From Burkholderiales bacterium (GTDB lineage: Bacteria; Pseudomonadota; Gammaproteobacteria; Burkholderiales; WYBJ01): 64,000 nucleotides of DNA. The notes beneath the pieces were generated by a model. That model was not told the DNA's origin and did no database searches. It was given only the letters and a program-made list of their open reading frames with translations. Shown piece after piece: positions 25,245-33,987 of this stretch (position 1 is its first letter; each line of letters opens with the position of its first letter). The translations under genes and the position numbers were made by a program. Location: NCBI GenBank assembly GCA_020848435.1, contig JADLAC010000037.1, positions 2,551 to 66,550 of the forward strand, written 5' to 3'.

Positions 25245-25961
25245 TTACACCTTCTTCGGCGGATGAAATTTCAGGGGCGCCGAACCGGCCGGCAGCCGGC
25301 TGCGGGAGATGCGCTCGAAGTACTGCTCCGGGATGGCTTCCGGCGTCTTGTAGTACAGGTGCACGCAGGGATCGTGGTCGTTCTCCGGCGGCAGGTTGAT
25401 GCGGATCGGGAATCCGCGCGCCTGCGTCGGCAGGATCTCCCACATGATCGCGCAGTGCGTGCAATAGTACGGAACGTCCTTCTTGTTCCACGTCCAGTCG
25501 TGCGCATCCTTCACGCGGGCGACTTTCTTCGTGCGCCTGAGGCGCCCGCCGCTGCCACAAGGATCGCAAGTGACGACGTAGCGGTCCGCTTCCTCCTTGA
25601 CGCTCGTATGGCCGAAATGGCCACGCTGGAACTCGATTCCCCGCTCTAGCGATTGCTTCACGTCGGGGGTCTTGGCAAGCCAGCTCGAGATCAACGGCTG
25701 GTACCTCTTGCGCAGGAGCCGCTCAACTTCGCCGTCACCCGCCACTTCGGCGAGGCGGGTGAGCGCGTCGTCGGCGAACGAGCACATGCTATCGTGCATC
25801 ATCTTCGCTTCCGCACAGCCGTAGTCGATGCCATGGAGCGCATCGTCCGCGCGGCCCTCTTCGATCGCGGCACGCACCTCGTCCCAGGTGGAGCGCGCGA
25901 GCCCCTCTGCGTCCTCGGATCGAATGTCGCGACCGAGCGCCGCGGATGGCCTGATCTTCAT
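25245..25961 (-). CDS. Conserved-looking hypothetical protein with CxxC...CxxC cluster (unknown family)
   Basis: ATG 25961 follows GGAG at 7-nt spacing. The 238-aa protein has a balanced composition (K, E, D, W, Y, H), unlike the Arg/Ala-rich opposite-strand ORFs. Features ...VVTCDPCGSGGRLRR...(about 30 aa)...VPYYCTHCAIMWE... I do not recognise the family. Confidence 0.65.
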   Translation of the reverse strand: MKIRPSAALGRDIRSEDAEGLARSTWDEVRAAIEEGRADDALHGIDYGCAEAKMMHDSMCSFADDALTRLAEVAGDGEVERLLRKRYQPLISSWLAKTPDVKQSLERGIEFQRGHFGHTSVKEEADRYVVTCDPCGSGGRLRRTKKVARVKDAHDWTWNKKDVPYYCTHCAIMWEILPTQARGFPIRINLPPENDHDPCVHLYYKTPEAIPEQYFERISRSRLPAGSAPLKFHPPKKV

Positions 25962-26278
25962 GCCGCATCTCCACGCATCAAACGCCGTCGTAATCAGAAT
26001 TGAATCATCGGCGGCAAACGGCACTCGCCTCCGCCGACGCGTTGCGACTGTTTGCGATTACCGCATCGCGCACGCGCCGATCCGGGCCTGTCCGCCGCGC
26101 CACTCCCACCCGATCCGCAACTATGCATCCTTCCGCGTTCCTTCGTCCAATATCTTTGACGACGCATCTTAATTCGTTTTGCGTATGACCTGTCCGCCAC
26201 GGGCGCGCCATGCTTGACGCACGCCTGCGTTGAGGACACATTGTGGCCGGTCGCAATCGGCATGCAGTGGAGAAGCGG

Positions 26279-27247
26279 ATGACCTTGAACTTGTTGCTCC
26301 CCCTGGGCGGCATGGCCCTGCTCGCCCCTGCCATCGCTTATCCGCAAAGCTACCCGTCCAAGCCGATCCGGATCGTGGTTCCGTTCGCTCCCGGCGGCAA
26401 CATCGACATCACGGCGCGCACGATTGCGCCTGGGCTCACGGAATTCCTAGGACAGCCGGTAATCGTCGAAAACCGCGGTGGTGCCGGCGGCAGGATCGGC
26501 TCCGCCCTGGTCGCCAAATCGCCGGCCGACGGCTATACGCTGCTCCTCGGCGCGCCCGGCACGCTCGTGGCGCAGCCGGTATTCAACGACGATATCGAGT
26601 ACCAGCCGCTGCGCGACTTCGTGTACACCTCGCGCATATCGCTGGTCGCGAGCGCGCTGCTCGTGCACCCCTCGATGCCCGTGCGCAACGTCAAGGAGAT
26701 CGTCGCCTTCGCCAAGCCGCGCGCACGCGAGCTCTTGATGGGATCGGCGGGCCAGGGCTCGGGCACCCACCTGATGGGAGAGCTGTTTCAGTCGATGGCG
26801 CAGGTCAAGTTCACGCACGTGCCGTACAAAGGCGGCGCCGCCGCATCGGTCGCGATCCTGAGCGGCCAGGTCCACCTGGCATTCGACCAGGTCAGCTCGT
26901 CCGGGCCCTTCATCAAGGCGGGCCGGCTGCGCGCGTTGGCGGTGACGACGCCCCAGCGCTCGAAGCTCCTGCCCGAGGTGCCGACCATCGATGAATCGGG
27001 ACTGCGCGGCTACGATTATTCGACCTGGACGACGCTCGGCATTCCGGCCGCGACCCCCAAGGAAGCGGTGCAGAAGCTGCGCGATGCAGTCGACGCGGTC
27101 ATAGCGCAGCCGCGCACGCGCGATGCATTCGACAGAGTCGGCGCCGAAGTCCTGCCCAACTCCGCCGAGGAGTTCACGCGCAGATTGCAGCAGGACCTGG
27201 CGCGATGGGTTCGCATCCGCAAGGAAAGCGGCATAATGATCGATTAG
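26279..27247 (+). CDS. Bug/TctC-family periplasmic solute-binding protein
   Basis: ATG 26279 follows GGAGAA. MTLNLLLPLGGMALLAPAIAYPQSYPSKPIRIVVPFAPGGNID, ENRGGAGG, ADGYTLLL, HVPYKG. Confidence 0.9.
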   Translation: MTLNLLLPLGGMALLAPAIAYPQSYPSKPIRIVVPFAPGGNIDITARTIAPGLTEFLGQPVIVENRGGAGGRIGSALVAKSPADGYTLLLGAPGTLVAQPVFNDDIEYQPLRDFVYTSRISLVASALLVHPSMPVRNVKEIVAFAKPRARELLMGSAGQGSGTHLMGELFQSMAQVKFTHVPYKGGAAASVAILSGQVHLAFDQVSSSGPFIKAGRLRALAVTTPQRSKLLPEVPTIDESGLRGYDYSTWTTLGIPAATPKEAVQKLRDAVDAVIAQPRTRDAFDRVGAEVLPNSAEEFTRRLQQDLARWVRIRKESGIMID

Positions 27248-27285
27248 AGCCGGCGCCCTCGCGGCCGCCGCGGCCGATAGGGACC

Positions 27286-28341
27286 TCAGGCAGCGGTGAT
27301 CTGCTCCAGGGAAGGCGGCTTCGCCGCGTGCAGCGCCGGCAGCAGCTCCTCCGACAGCAAGCGCATGCTGGCCAAGGCGTTGGCGAGCGGCATGCCGAGA
27401 AAGTGCGTCCGGAAGACGAAGTGGGTGACGCCCATTTGCTCGATGTAGGGCTGAAGCTGGCGCCAGCAGTCCTGCGGTGAACCGATGACGAACCGGTCCT
27501 GGACCAGCTCATCGAACGACTTGTCGAGCCGCTCGCGCTCCGGCATCGCCTTGTCGCGCTCCCACTGCGCGTAAGCCCGGTACTTCTCCGAAATATACGG
27601 CGCGCCCCATTCCATCGCGCGAGCACGATCCTTCGCGCAGTAGATTTCGATCCGGCAGGGATTCTCCCGCGGCAACGGTTTTCCCGCCTGGCGCAGCGCC
27701 TCCTTGTACAGCGTCAGCCGCTGCTTGTGGGTGGCCAAGGTGGCCTTCGGGCTGTGATACAGGCAATCCCCCAGCTCGGCGGCGCGACGGATGGCATCGG
27801 GATGCTTGGCCGCGAACCAGATCGGCGGATGAGGCTTCTGCACGCATTTCAAGGACAGATGAGCATCTCGCAGAATGCAGGTGTCGCTCTCGTAGCTCAC
27901 CCTGTCCTCGGTCCAGAGGCGCTTTGCGACGCTCAAGCATTCCTCGAAACGCTGCACCCGCTGCCCTTTGCGCACACCGAAGGCCTCGAACTCGGCGCTG
28001 CGGTAGCCCAGGCCCACGCCGAAGACCATGTTGCCGCGGGCAATCACGTCCAAGGTGGCGATGGTTTCCGCGGTGTACACGGGGTTGTGCAGCGGCGCCA
28101 GCAGCAGCCCCACGCCGAGGGTCATGTCGCCGGCATCGGCGGCCAGGCGAGCCAGGTAGGGCACCATCTGCAGCCCCTGGTTGCCGCCCTCGTTCAAGTA
28201 GTGCTGCCCGCAGAAGTACGAATCCCAGCCGCGGTCGCGCGCTAGCCGTAGCATCACGAGCTGCTCCTCCAGGGCACTGACCATGTCCGCCCCTTCGCGC
28301 TGCTGGTTGCTGAGCATGATGCCCGCCTTGACTCCACTCAT
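27286..28341 (-). CDS. Luciferase-like (LLM class) flavin-dependent oxidoreductase
   Basis: 351 aa, RBS GGAG. ...LARDRGWDSYFCGQHYL...GVGLLLAPLHNPVYTAETIATLDVIARGNMVFGVGLGYR... is the typical LLM TIM-barrel pattern. Confidence 0.85.
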   Translation of the reverse strand: MSGVKAGIMLSNQQREGADMVSALEEQLVMLRLARDRGWDSYFCGQHYLNEGGNQGLQMVPYLARLAADAGDMTLGVGLLLAPLHNPVYTAETIATLDVIARGNMVFGVGLGYRSAEFEAFGVRKGQRVQRFEECLSVAKRLWTEDRVSYESDTCILRDAHLSLKCVQKPHPPIWFAAKHPDAIRRAAELGDCLYHSPKATLATHKQRLTLYKEALRQAGKPLPRENPCRIEIYCAKDRARAMEWGAPYISEKYRAYAQWERDKAMPERERLDKSFDELVQDRFVIGSPQDCWRQLQPYIEQMGVTHFVFRTHFLGMPLANALASMRLLSEELLPALHAAKPPSLEQITAA

Positions 28342-28401
28342 GTCGCGTCTCCGGTTTGCTCGCGATTGCCGGGATGTGAATCGGCCAGCGCGGCGTACGC
28401 C

Positions 28402-29379
28402 TTACTTCTTCAGTCCGATGGCATCGATGAGCTGCCGGCCGCGCTTGAATTCCTCCGCGACGTGCTCGCGATAATGTGCAGGCGAGCCGGAGTCCGGTTC
28501 GACGCCCTGCGAAACAAACCGCTTGCGGATCGACGCGTCGGCGATCGAGCGGCGAAACGTGACGCTCAATCGCTCGGCGATGCGCGGCGCTACGCCGGCG
28601 GGCGCGAACAGCCCGCCCCACGAGCTGTAGACGAATTCAGGCAAACCGGCCTCGGCCGACGTGGGCACCGCCGGCGCGAACGTCGAACGACTGGGCGCGG
28701 CGATGGCAAGGCCGATCAGGCGCTCGCTGTTGCTGAGCAGATTGGTGACCGGGCCGAGCACCACGTCAAGGTTGTCGCCCATGAGATCGACCAGCGCGGG
28801 CGCGACGCCCTTGTAGGGAACGTGCGTCATCTTGATTCCCGCCAGGAGCGACATGAGCTCGGTGCTCAGATGGTTGAAGGAGCCTACTCCCGAGGATCCA
28901 TAGTTGAGCTGCCCCGGACGGCGCCTTGCCTCGGCCAGCAGCTCCTTGAGGCTCGAGTAGCGCCCGCCCTTGCGCCCCATCACGACGCTGGGCTGGGTCC
29001 AAAGCGGCGTGATCGGTGCGAAGTCATTCAAGGCATCGTAGCCCAGGCTCGGGTCGATGTTGGGGTTGTTGACGATGGTACCGGCCGTGCCCAGCAACAA
29101 GGTATAGCCATCCGGTTTCGCCTTGGCGACCTGTATCGCCCCGATCGTGCCGCCCGCGCCGCTGACGTTGAAAGGCACGAATTGCTGGCCCAATTCCTTG
29201 CTCAGGATATCGGCGGCGAGGCGCCCGAGGATATCCGTAGGCCCGCCGGGGGCGAACGGGATGATCAGTCTCACCGGCTTGGACGGATAGGCATCCGGGC
29301 TTTCCGCTTGGGCGAACCCCGGCGACGGCAAGCACCACAACAGCACCGCACCGAACACCGCCCTGAGCTTCAATGCCAT
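28402..29379 (-). CDS. Bug/TctC-family periplasmic solute-binding protein
   Basis: 325 aa, RBS AGGAGAG. MALKLRAVFGAVLLWCLPSPGFAQAESPDAYPSKPVRLIIPFAPGGPTD, PDGYTLLL, HVPYKG. Confidence 0.9.
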   Translation of the reverse strand: MALKLRAVFGAVLLWCLPSPGFAQAESPDAYPSKPVRLIIPFAPGGPTDILGRLAADILSKELGQQFVPFNVSGAGGTIGAIQVAKAKPDGYTLLLGTAGTIVNNPNIDPSLGYDALNDFAPITPLWTQPSVVMGRKGGRYSSLKELLAEARRRPGQLNYGSSGVGSFNHLSTELMSLLAGIKMTHVPYKGVAPALVDLMGDNLDVVLGPVTNLLSNSERLIGLAIAAPSRSTFAPAVPTSAEAGLPEFVYSSWGGLFAPAGVAPRIAERLSVTFRRSIADASIRKRFVSQGVEPDSGSPAHYREHVAEEFKRGRQLIDAIGLKK

Positions 29380-29424
29380 CGCTATCTCTCCTGTATGTAA
29401 CGACGAGTGTCTGCGCGCCTCGCC

Positions 29425-30384
29425 TCAGCGCAATCGCGGCAGCACCCGCTGCGCGATGGCGTCGAGATGGTCCATGGCTTCCTGCCACGTGCCGCCCGGA
29501 AGGTCCAACGTGAGGCTATCGGCACCGTTGCACGCGAACCGATGCGCTACTTCGGTCAGCTTTGCCGTCGTATCGGCCAAGCTGCTCTCGCCTGGTCCGA
29601 TGCGCGCATTACAGCGCGGTGCAATCGTTACGCGCGCAGGGTCCCGCCCCGCCTCCATGGCAATCCGATCGAGCAGTCGCCGCATTTCCGGTAGCCGTTC
29701 GGGTTCCAGTTGTCCGGGCCGCTTCAAGGCGAGCGGGTGCCAGCAATCGCCCAGCTCCGCTGCCCGGCGCAAGGCGCGTTCGCTGTTGCCGCCGACCCAG
29801 ATCGGCAGCGGCTGCTGTAGCGGCTTGGGCGAGAACTCCAGGTTCTCGAATTGATGAAATCGGCCGCGATACGATACCGGGTCTTGCTCCCAGAGCGCGC
29901 GATAGATGCGCAGGTATTCGTCGGTGCGCGATCCGCGCGTCGTGAAGTGATCGCTCAACCCCAGGGCTTCGAACTCGTCGCGCCACCAGCCGGAGCCCAC
30001 GCCACAGAAGATGCGCCCTCGCGCCAGAACATCCATGGTGGCGAGCATTTTCGCGCTGACCAGCGGATTGCGATAGGGCGCGATCATGACACTGGTGCCG
30101 AGCCGAATGTGCTGGGTGCGCCCGGCCAGGAACATGAGCGTGGTCAAGGGCTCGTGGTAATTGCGCAAGGCTTCCCAGCCGCGCCGCTGCTGCGCACCGA
30201 GCGCTTGCTGCGACGGCTTGGCAGACCGGTATTGGTCTTGCTCGCCTTGCCGCCTCGGCACCACGAGATGCTCCGTTACCACGACGTGGTCGAAGCCGAG
30301 GGCTTCGGACCGAATCGCCATCGACGCCATGTTCTCGGCGCTCGCAAGCGGACCCTTGTTGAACAATACGATGCCGAGCTTCAT
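29425..30384 (-). CDS. Luciferase-like (LLM class) oxidoreductase
   Basis: 319 aa from ATG 30384 (GAAGGA 6 nt upstream). MKLGIVLFNKGPL...ALGFDHVVVTEHLV...GTSVMIAPYRNPLVSAKMLATMDVLARGRIFCGVGSGW... The upstream part of the 374-aa track ORF is rejected. Confidence 0.85.
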   Translation of the reverse strand: MKLGIVLFNKGPLASAENMASMAIRSEALGFDHVVVTEHLVVPRRQGEQDQYRSAKPSQQALGAQQRRGWEALRNYHEPLTTLMFLAGRTQHIRLGTSVMIAPYRNPLVSAKMLATMDVLARGRIFCGVGSGWWRDEFEALGLSDHFTTRGSRTDEYLRIYRALWEQDPVSYRGRFHQFENLEFSPKPLQQPLPIWVGGNSERALRRAAELGDCWHPLALKRPGQLEPERLPEMRRLLDRIAMEAGRDPARVTIAPRCNARIGPGESSLADTTAKLTEVAHRFACNGADSLTLDLPGGTWQEAMDHLDAIAQRVLPRLR

Positions 30385-30597
30385 ACCCGATCCTTCGTGT
30401 CCGGGCGTCATCGCGGGCGCGGGTTGCATTGACGCAGCAGCGGCGCGATTCGTTCGCAGCGTGCTTGAGCAGCCTCTTACCCCGCGCGCGCACGAGGTCT
30501 CGCGTGCCTCGCAAAGACATCGCCATGAGCGCCCGATGCTACACTGCAAGTGGCTCTGGCGTCAGACGCGCGACTCACGACGAACGAGGACGGCGAC

Positions 30598-31389
30598 ATG
30601 CATTACGAGCAACACGGCAGCGGCACGCCTGGCGTGGTATTCGTCCACGGCTATACCTGCGATCTCACCGACTGGCGCCCGCAACTCGCGGCATTGCAGG
30701 ACAGATACTGCGTGGTGGCATGCGATCTGCGAGGGCACGGCCGCACGCCGGGCGCGGCGCACGATTGCAGCATCGAGACCTACGGCGCCGACGTTGCCGC
30801 GCTCATCGCCGCGCTCGATCGCGGTCCCGCCGTCCTGGTCGGACACAGCATGGGCTGTCGCGTCGTGCTCGAGGCCCGGCGCTTGAATCCACAGCGCGTC
30901 GCGGGGCTGGTGCTGGTCGATGGCAGTTGCACCGGCTTCGGCGATCGGGCGGGCGCCGAGCAGGCGATGCGCGCCAAGATCGATGCAATGGGCTACGCGG
31001 CATTTTCGGAAGAGCGCTTTCACGACATGTTTCCCGTCCCCTACGCGGGCGCGCAGGCCATCATCGCGCGCTGTCGCAAAACGCCCGCGGCCGTCGGCTC
31101 GGGCTTGTTCCCGCGCATGATCGGTTGGGACGCGCAGTGGATGGACGCCGCGCTCGCGCTGCGGGGGCCGATCATGATCATTCAAAGCACGTACATGGGA
31201 GCTGCGCTCAAGCGCGCGTGTCTTAACCCCGGCGAGAGCTCGCCCTGGCTCGATCGTGTCCGCGGCGCTGCGCCGCACGCCCGGATCGAAACGATCCCCG
31301 GCGTCGGGCACTTCACCCAGCTCGAGGCAGCCGGCATGGTGAATCGCCTGCTCGAATCGTTCATCGGCGAATTGGACCCCGGGGATTAG
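30598..31389 (+). CDS. Alpha/beta-fold hydrolase
   Basis: ATG 30598 follows GAGGA. MHYEQHGSGTPGVVFVHGYTCDLTDW...VLVGHSMGCRVVLE (GxSxG nucleophile elbow)...VDGS...GHF... Confidence 0.85.
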   Translation: MHYEQHGSGTPGVVFVHGYTCDLTDWRPQLAALQDRYCVVACDLRGHGRTPGAAHDCSIETYGADVAALIAALDRGPAVLVGHSMGCRVVLEARRLNPQRVAGLVLVDGSCTGFGDRAGAEQAMRAKIDAMGYAAFSEERFHDMFPVPYAGAQAIIARCRKTPAAVGSGLFPRMIGWDAQWMDAALALRGPIMIIQSTYMGAALKRACLNPGESSPWLDRVRGAAPHARIETIPGVGHFTQLEAAGMVNRLLESFIGELDPGD

Positions 31390-32168
31390 CCAGAACCGCG
31401 CAGCGTGCGCAGCAACGCGGAGCTTTCTTTCAAAAGCAATCCGAGCAGCGGCACGCCCGTCATCGTGACACCGCGAGCGCGATGAGCGGCGATCTGGGGA
31501 CCCAGCTCCTCGATCGCCGCGAACTGCATGCTGAGCTTCTTGCCCGATCGCAGCACCGCGGCGGCGATCTGCTGGATCGCCTGGTCGACCTGCGCTTTCG
31601 GCGGCATCCCCATGGACTGCCACAGGTCCTTCGGGCCGATGTGAATGGCATCGATGCCATCGACGGCAAGCATCGCGTCGAGTTGCGGCAGCGCTTGCGC
31701 CTCTTCGATCATCGCAATGACCAGGAGCTCGTCGTTCGCTTGCCGCGACCACTCGTCGTCGCTCAACCCATGGCTGAAATTGCCGCCGCGTCCGAGCCGA
31801 TAGAAGGTCCGGCGGCCGAGCGGATGGAAGCGCGTGCACTCGACGAGCTGGCGTATGTCTTCGACGCTGCTGCAACGAGGCACGTGCACGCCCTGAGCGC
31901 CGGCATCGAGCAGCCGCAGGAGACGATCGGGATCTTTCGGCACACGCACGATGGGCGTGATGTCGAAAGCATCGGCCGCCCGGATGAGATCGACGAGCTG
32001 CGCGTCGTCGAGCGGCTCGTGCTCCGCGTCGAACGTGACGAAGTCGAAACCCGCCACCGCCGCGATCTCCACCAGCTCGGGCGCAGGCGACGCGACGATG
32101 GCGCCCACGGTCGGTTTTCCCGCCTTCAATGCCTGCTTGGTCTTGTTCACCCGGACAACGTTGATCAC
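31386..32168 (-). CDS. HpcH/HpaI aldolase / citrate-lyase family protein
   Basis: 260 aa. ...AGFDFVTFDAEHEPLD...PIVRVP...GAQGVHVPRCSSVED...VIAMIEEAQAL...IDAIHIGPKDL... follows the class II pyruvate-aldolase pattern. Confidence 0.85.
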   Translation of the reverse strand: MINVVRVNKTKQALKAGKPTVGAIVASPAPELVEIAAVAGFDFVTFDAEHEPLDDAQLVDLIRAADAFDITPIVRVPKDPDRLLRLLDAGAQGVHVPRCSSVEDIRQLVECTRFHPLGRRTFYRLGRGGNFSHGLSDDEWSRQANDELLVIAMIEEAQALPQLDAMLAVDGIDAIHIGPKDLWQSMGMPPKAQVDQAIQQIAAAVLRSGKKLSMQFAAIEELGPQIAAHRARGVTMTGVPLLGLLLKESSALLRTLRGSG

Positions 32169-32349
32169 GCTTCCTCCTTATCGGTCGGCGAGAAAAGCGC
32201 GCGCCGCGCCGCGGCTCGCCTGGCGGCCTATGGTATGGTAAACGCCCGCCCGGTCATGCTGGTGGCGGTGCGCCCTCGAATCGCCACGCACGCCGCGGCG
32301 GCATGCGTGGGTCCGTCACGTTGCGCACTGATATCGCAGGCGCAAGCAA

Positions 32350-32404
32350 GTGAAACGTGCAAGACCTGACCCCAAAGGAGATGCCACGTGCAAGACCTGA
32401 CCCC
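32350..32404 (+). repeat. Two direct copies of the same dispersed repeat
   Basis: 32350-32373 GTGAAACGTGCAAGACCTGACCCC has its first 22 nt identical to the reverse complement of 25117-25138. The second copy is 32385-32404 CACGTGCAAGACCTGACCCC. Both lie in the divergent intergenic region between the aldolase and the SnoaL-like gene. Confidence 0.9.
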
Positions 32405-32855
32405 GAATGCGCGCGCGCTGGCCGAGATGCTTGCGAAGGCGCAAGTGCGCGAGGTGCTCGAGAGCTACTTCCACGCGCTGGACGCACGCGAGGAAGAGCG
32501 CCTCGCGGCCTGCTTCACGCCGGATGCCGTAGCCACGCACCATAGCGGCAGCGATTCGGAGTTCACGCTGACCGGCAACGCCGAGATCGCACGCTACTTC
32601 GTCGCCTTGATGGGGACGTTCGACGCGAGCAACCATAACGCGTCCAATGCCGTGATCCGCGCAAGCGGCGACAGCGCCAGCGCCGATACCTTTGCCATCG
32701 CGACGGTGGTCGCGGCCGATCGGATTCGCGTCCGCGGACTGCGCTACCTCGACGAGCTGGTCCGAAGCGCCGGCCGGTGGCGCATCGCCAGGCGAACCCA
32801 CATCCCGCTGTGGCAGTACGAAACTGCGCCGGTCAAACCCCATCTGCCCCGATGA
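32388..32855 (+). CDS. SnoaL-like / NTF2-fold protein
   Basis: ...AQVREVLESYFHALDAREEERLAACFTPDAV...FDASNHNASNAVI...GLRYLDELVRSAGRWRIARR... is a typical SnoaL_4-type pattern. The start is uncertain: GTG 32388 lies inside a dispersed repeat copy, and the next in-frame ATG is 32427. Confidence 0.7.
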   Translation: MQDLTPNARALAEMLAKAQVREVLESYFHALDAREEERLAACFTPDAVATHHSGSDSEFTLTGNAEIARYFVALMGTFDASNHNASNAVIRASGDSASADTFAIATVVAADRIRVRGLRYLDELVRSAGRWRIARRTHIPLWQYETAPVKPHLPR

Positions 32856-32898
32856 AACGCTCGGCGGCATCGCTCTTACGCGCGCTGCGAGCCGCCTG

Positions 32899-33888
32899 CT
32901 ATTCAGCCCGGATGCCGGCCGCCTTGATGACCGCGGCCCAAGTCGCCGTCTCGGTCTTGATGCGCGCGGCCAGGGCCTGCGAGGTGCCGGGATCGAGATC
33001 GACGCCCTGGCTCGCCAGGGCGGCCTGGATATCCGGCTGCTGCAAGACCTTGTGCAGCTCGCTGCGAATGCGATCGACGACGGCCCCCGGCGTGCCGCTC
33101 GGCACGAACGCGCCATACCATTGGCTGGTGTCGAAGCCAGGGTACCCCAACTCCTCGACCGTAGGCAGATCGGGGAAGACCTTGGAACGCTTCGGACCCG
33201 TCGTCGCCAGCGCGCGCATGCGTCCTGCGGTCACGTAGGGCAGTACCGAGGCCGAGGTGCCGACCAATACCTGGCTTTCCCCGGCGAGCACGGCGGCCGC
33301 CGCCGGCCCGCCGCCCTTGTAGGCTATGTGCGTCAGGTCGATCCCGGCGCGGAGCTTCAACAACTCCGAGGCCATGTGGATCGCGCTGCCTGCGCCGGCC
33401 GAGGCGTAGTTGAGCTGCCCCGGTTTCTGCTTCGCCAGCGCCAGAAAGTCCTTGAAGGTTTTCGCCGGCACGCTCGGATGAACCAGGACCACGTGCACCG
33501 AGGTCCCAATCAGCGTAACCGGCTGCAAGTCCTTCTCGACATCGAAAGACAGCTTGTACAGCGTCGGATTGGCGGTGAGCTGGGTATTGAGCCCGAACAT
33601 GACGGTATGCCCATCGGGAGCGGCGCGCGCGAGCGCTTCCGCCCCGAGATTACCCGCGGCGCCGCTGCGGTTGTCCACCACCCAGGTTTGGCCCATCGCC
33701 GCGCTCAGCTTGGGCGCGATCGTGCGCCCTGCCAGGTCGAGACCGCCTCCAGGCGCGAACGGTATGATGAGACGCACCGATCGCGACGGATAGGTTGATT
33801 CGGCCGCATGCGCGGTCGCGGCAAGCGCTCCCGCGGTCATGGCGGCCAATACCTTCAACAGGCTGCGCCTTGTATGCTCGAACGACAT
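32899..33888 (-). CDS. Bug/TctC-family periplasmic solute-binding protein
   Basis: 329 aa. Signal peptide ...LKVLAAMTAGALAATAHAAESTYPSRSVRLIIPFAPGGGLD, DNRSGAAGN, PDGHTVMF, HIAYKG. Confidence 0.9.
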   Translation of the reverse strand: MSFEHTRRSLLKVLAAMTAGALAATAHAAESTYPSRSVRLIIPFAPGGGLDLAGRTIAPKLSAAMGQTWVVDNRSGAAGNLGAEALARAAPDGHTVMFGLNTQLTANPTLYKLSFDVEKDLQPVTLIGTSVHVVLVHPSVPAKTFKDFLALAKQKPGQLNYASAGAGSAIHMASELLKLRAGIDLTHIAYKGGGPAAAAVLAGESQVLVGTSASVLPYVTAGRMRALATTGPKRSKVFPDLPTVEELGYPGFDTSQWYGAFVPSGTPGAVVDRIRSELHKVLQQPDIQAALASQGVDLDPGTSQALAARIKTETATWAAVIKAAGIRAE

Positions 33889-33987
33889 CGGGGCGACTCT
33901 CTTGTCGGATTATCGAGGAACGCTCGTGCTGCTTATCTCGGTCGAGGATAGCAGTGCGCCGGAACAGCAGCAATCGCGATCGAGCCT

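Noticed and set aside
25091-25245. Looked for a cobalamin riboswitch (B12 box) upstream of the mutase operon
   Set aside because: I could not see a B12-box-like sequence or the expected conserved stems. The spacer is instead filled by the 22-bp repeats. A covariance-model (Rfam) scan would be the decisive test.
26156-26189. Promoter-like TTGACG hexamers (26156 and 26213) in the divergent region before the Bug gene at 26279
   Set aside because: No acceptable -10 hexamer sits at 16-18 nt spacing, so I cannot support a promoter call from sequence alone.
31386-31389. 4-nt overlap of the stop codons of convergent genes (hydrolase TAG, aldolase TAA)
   Set aside because: This is common in compact genomes. 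It leaves no room for terminators but is not informative by itself.
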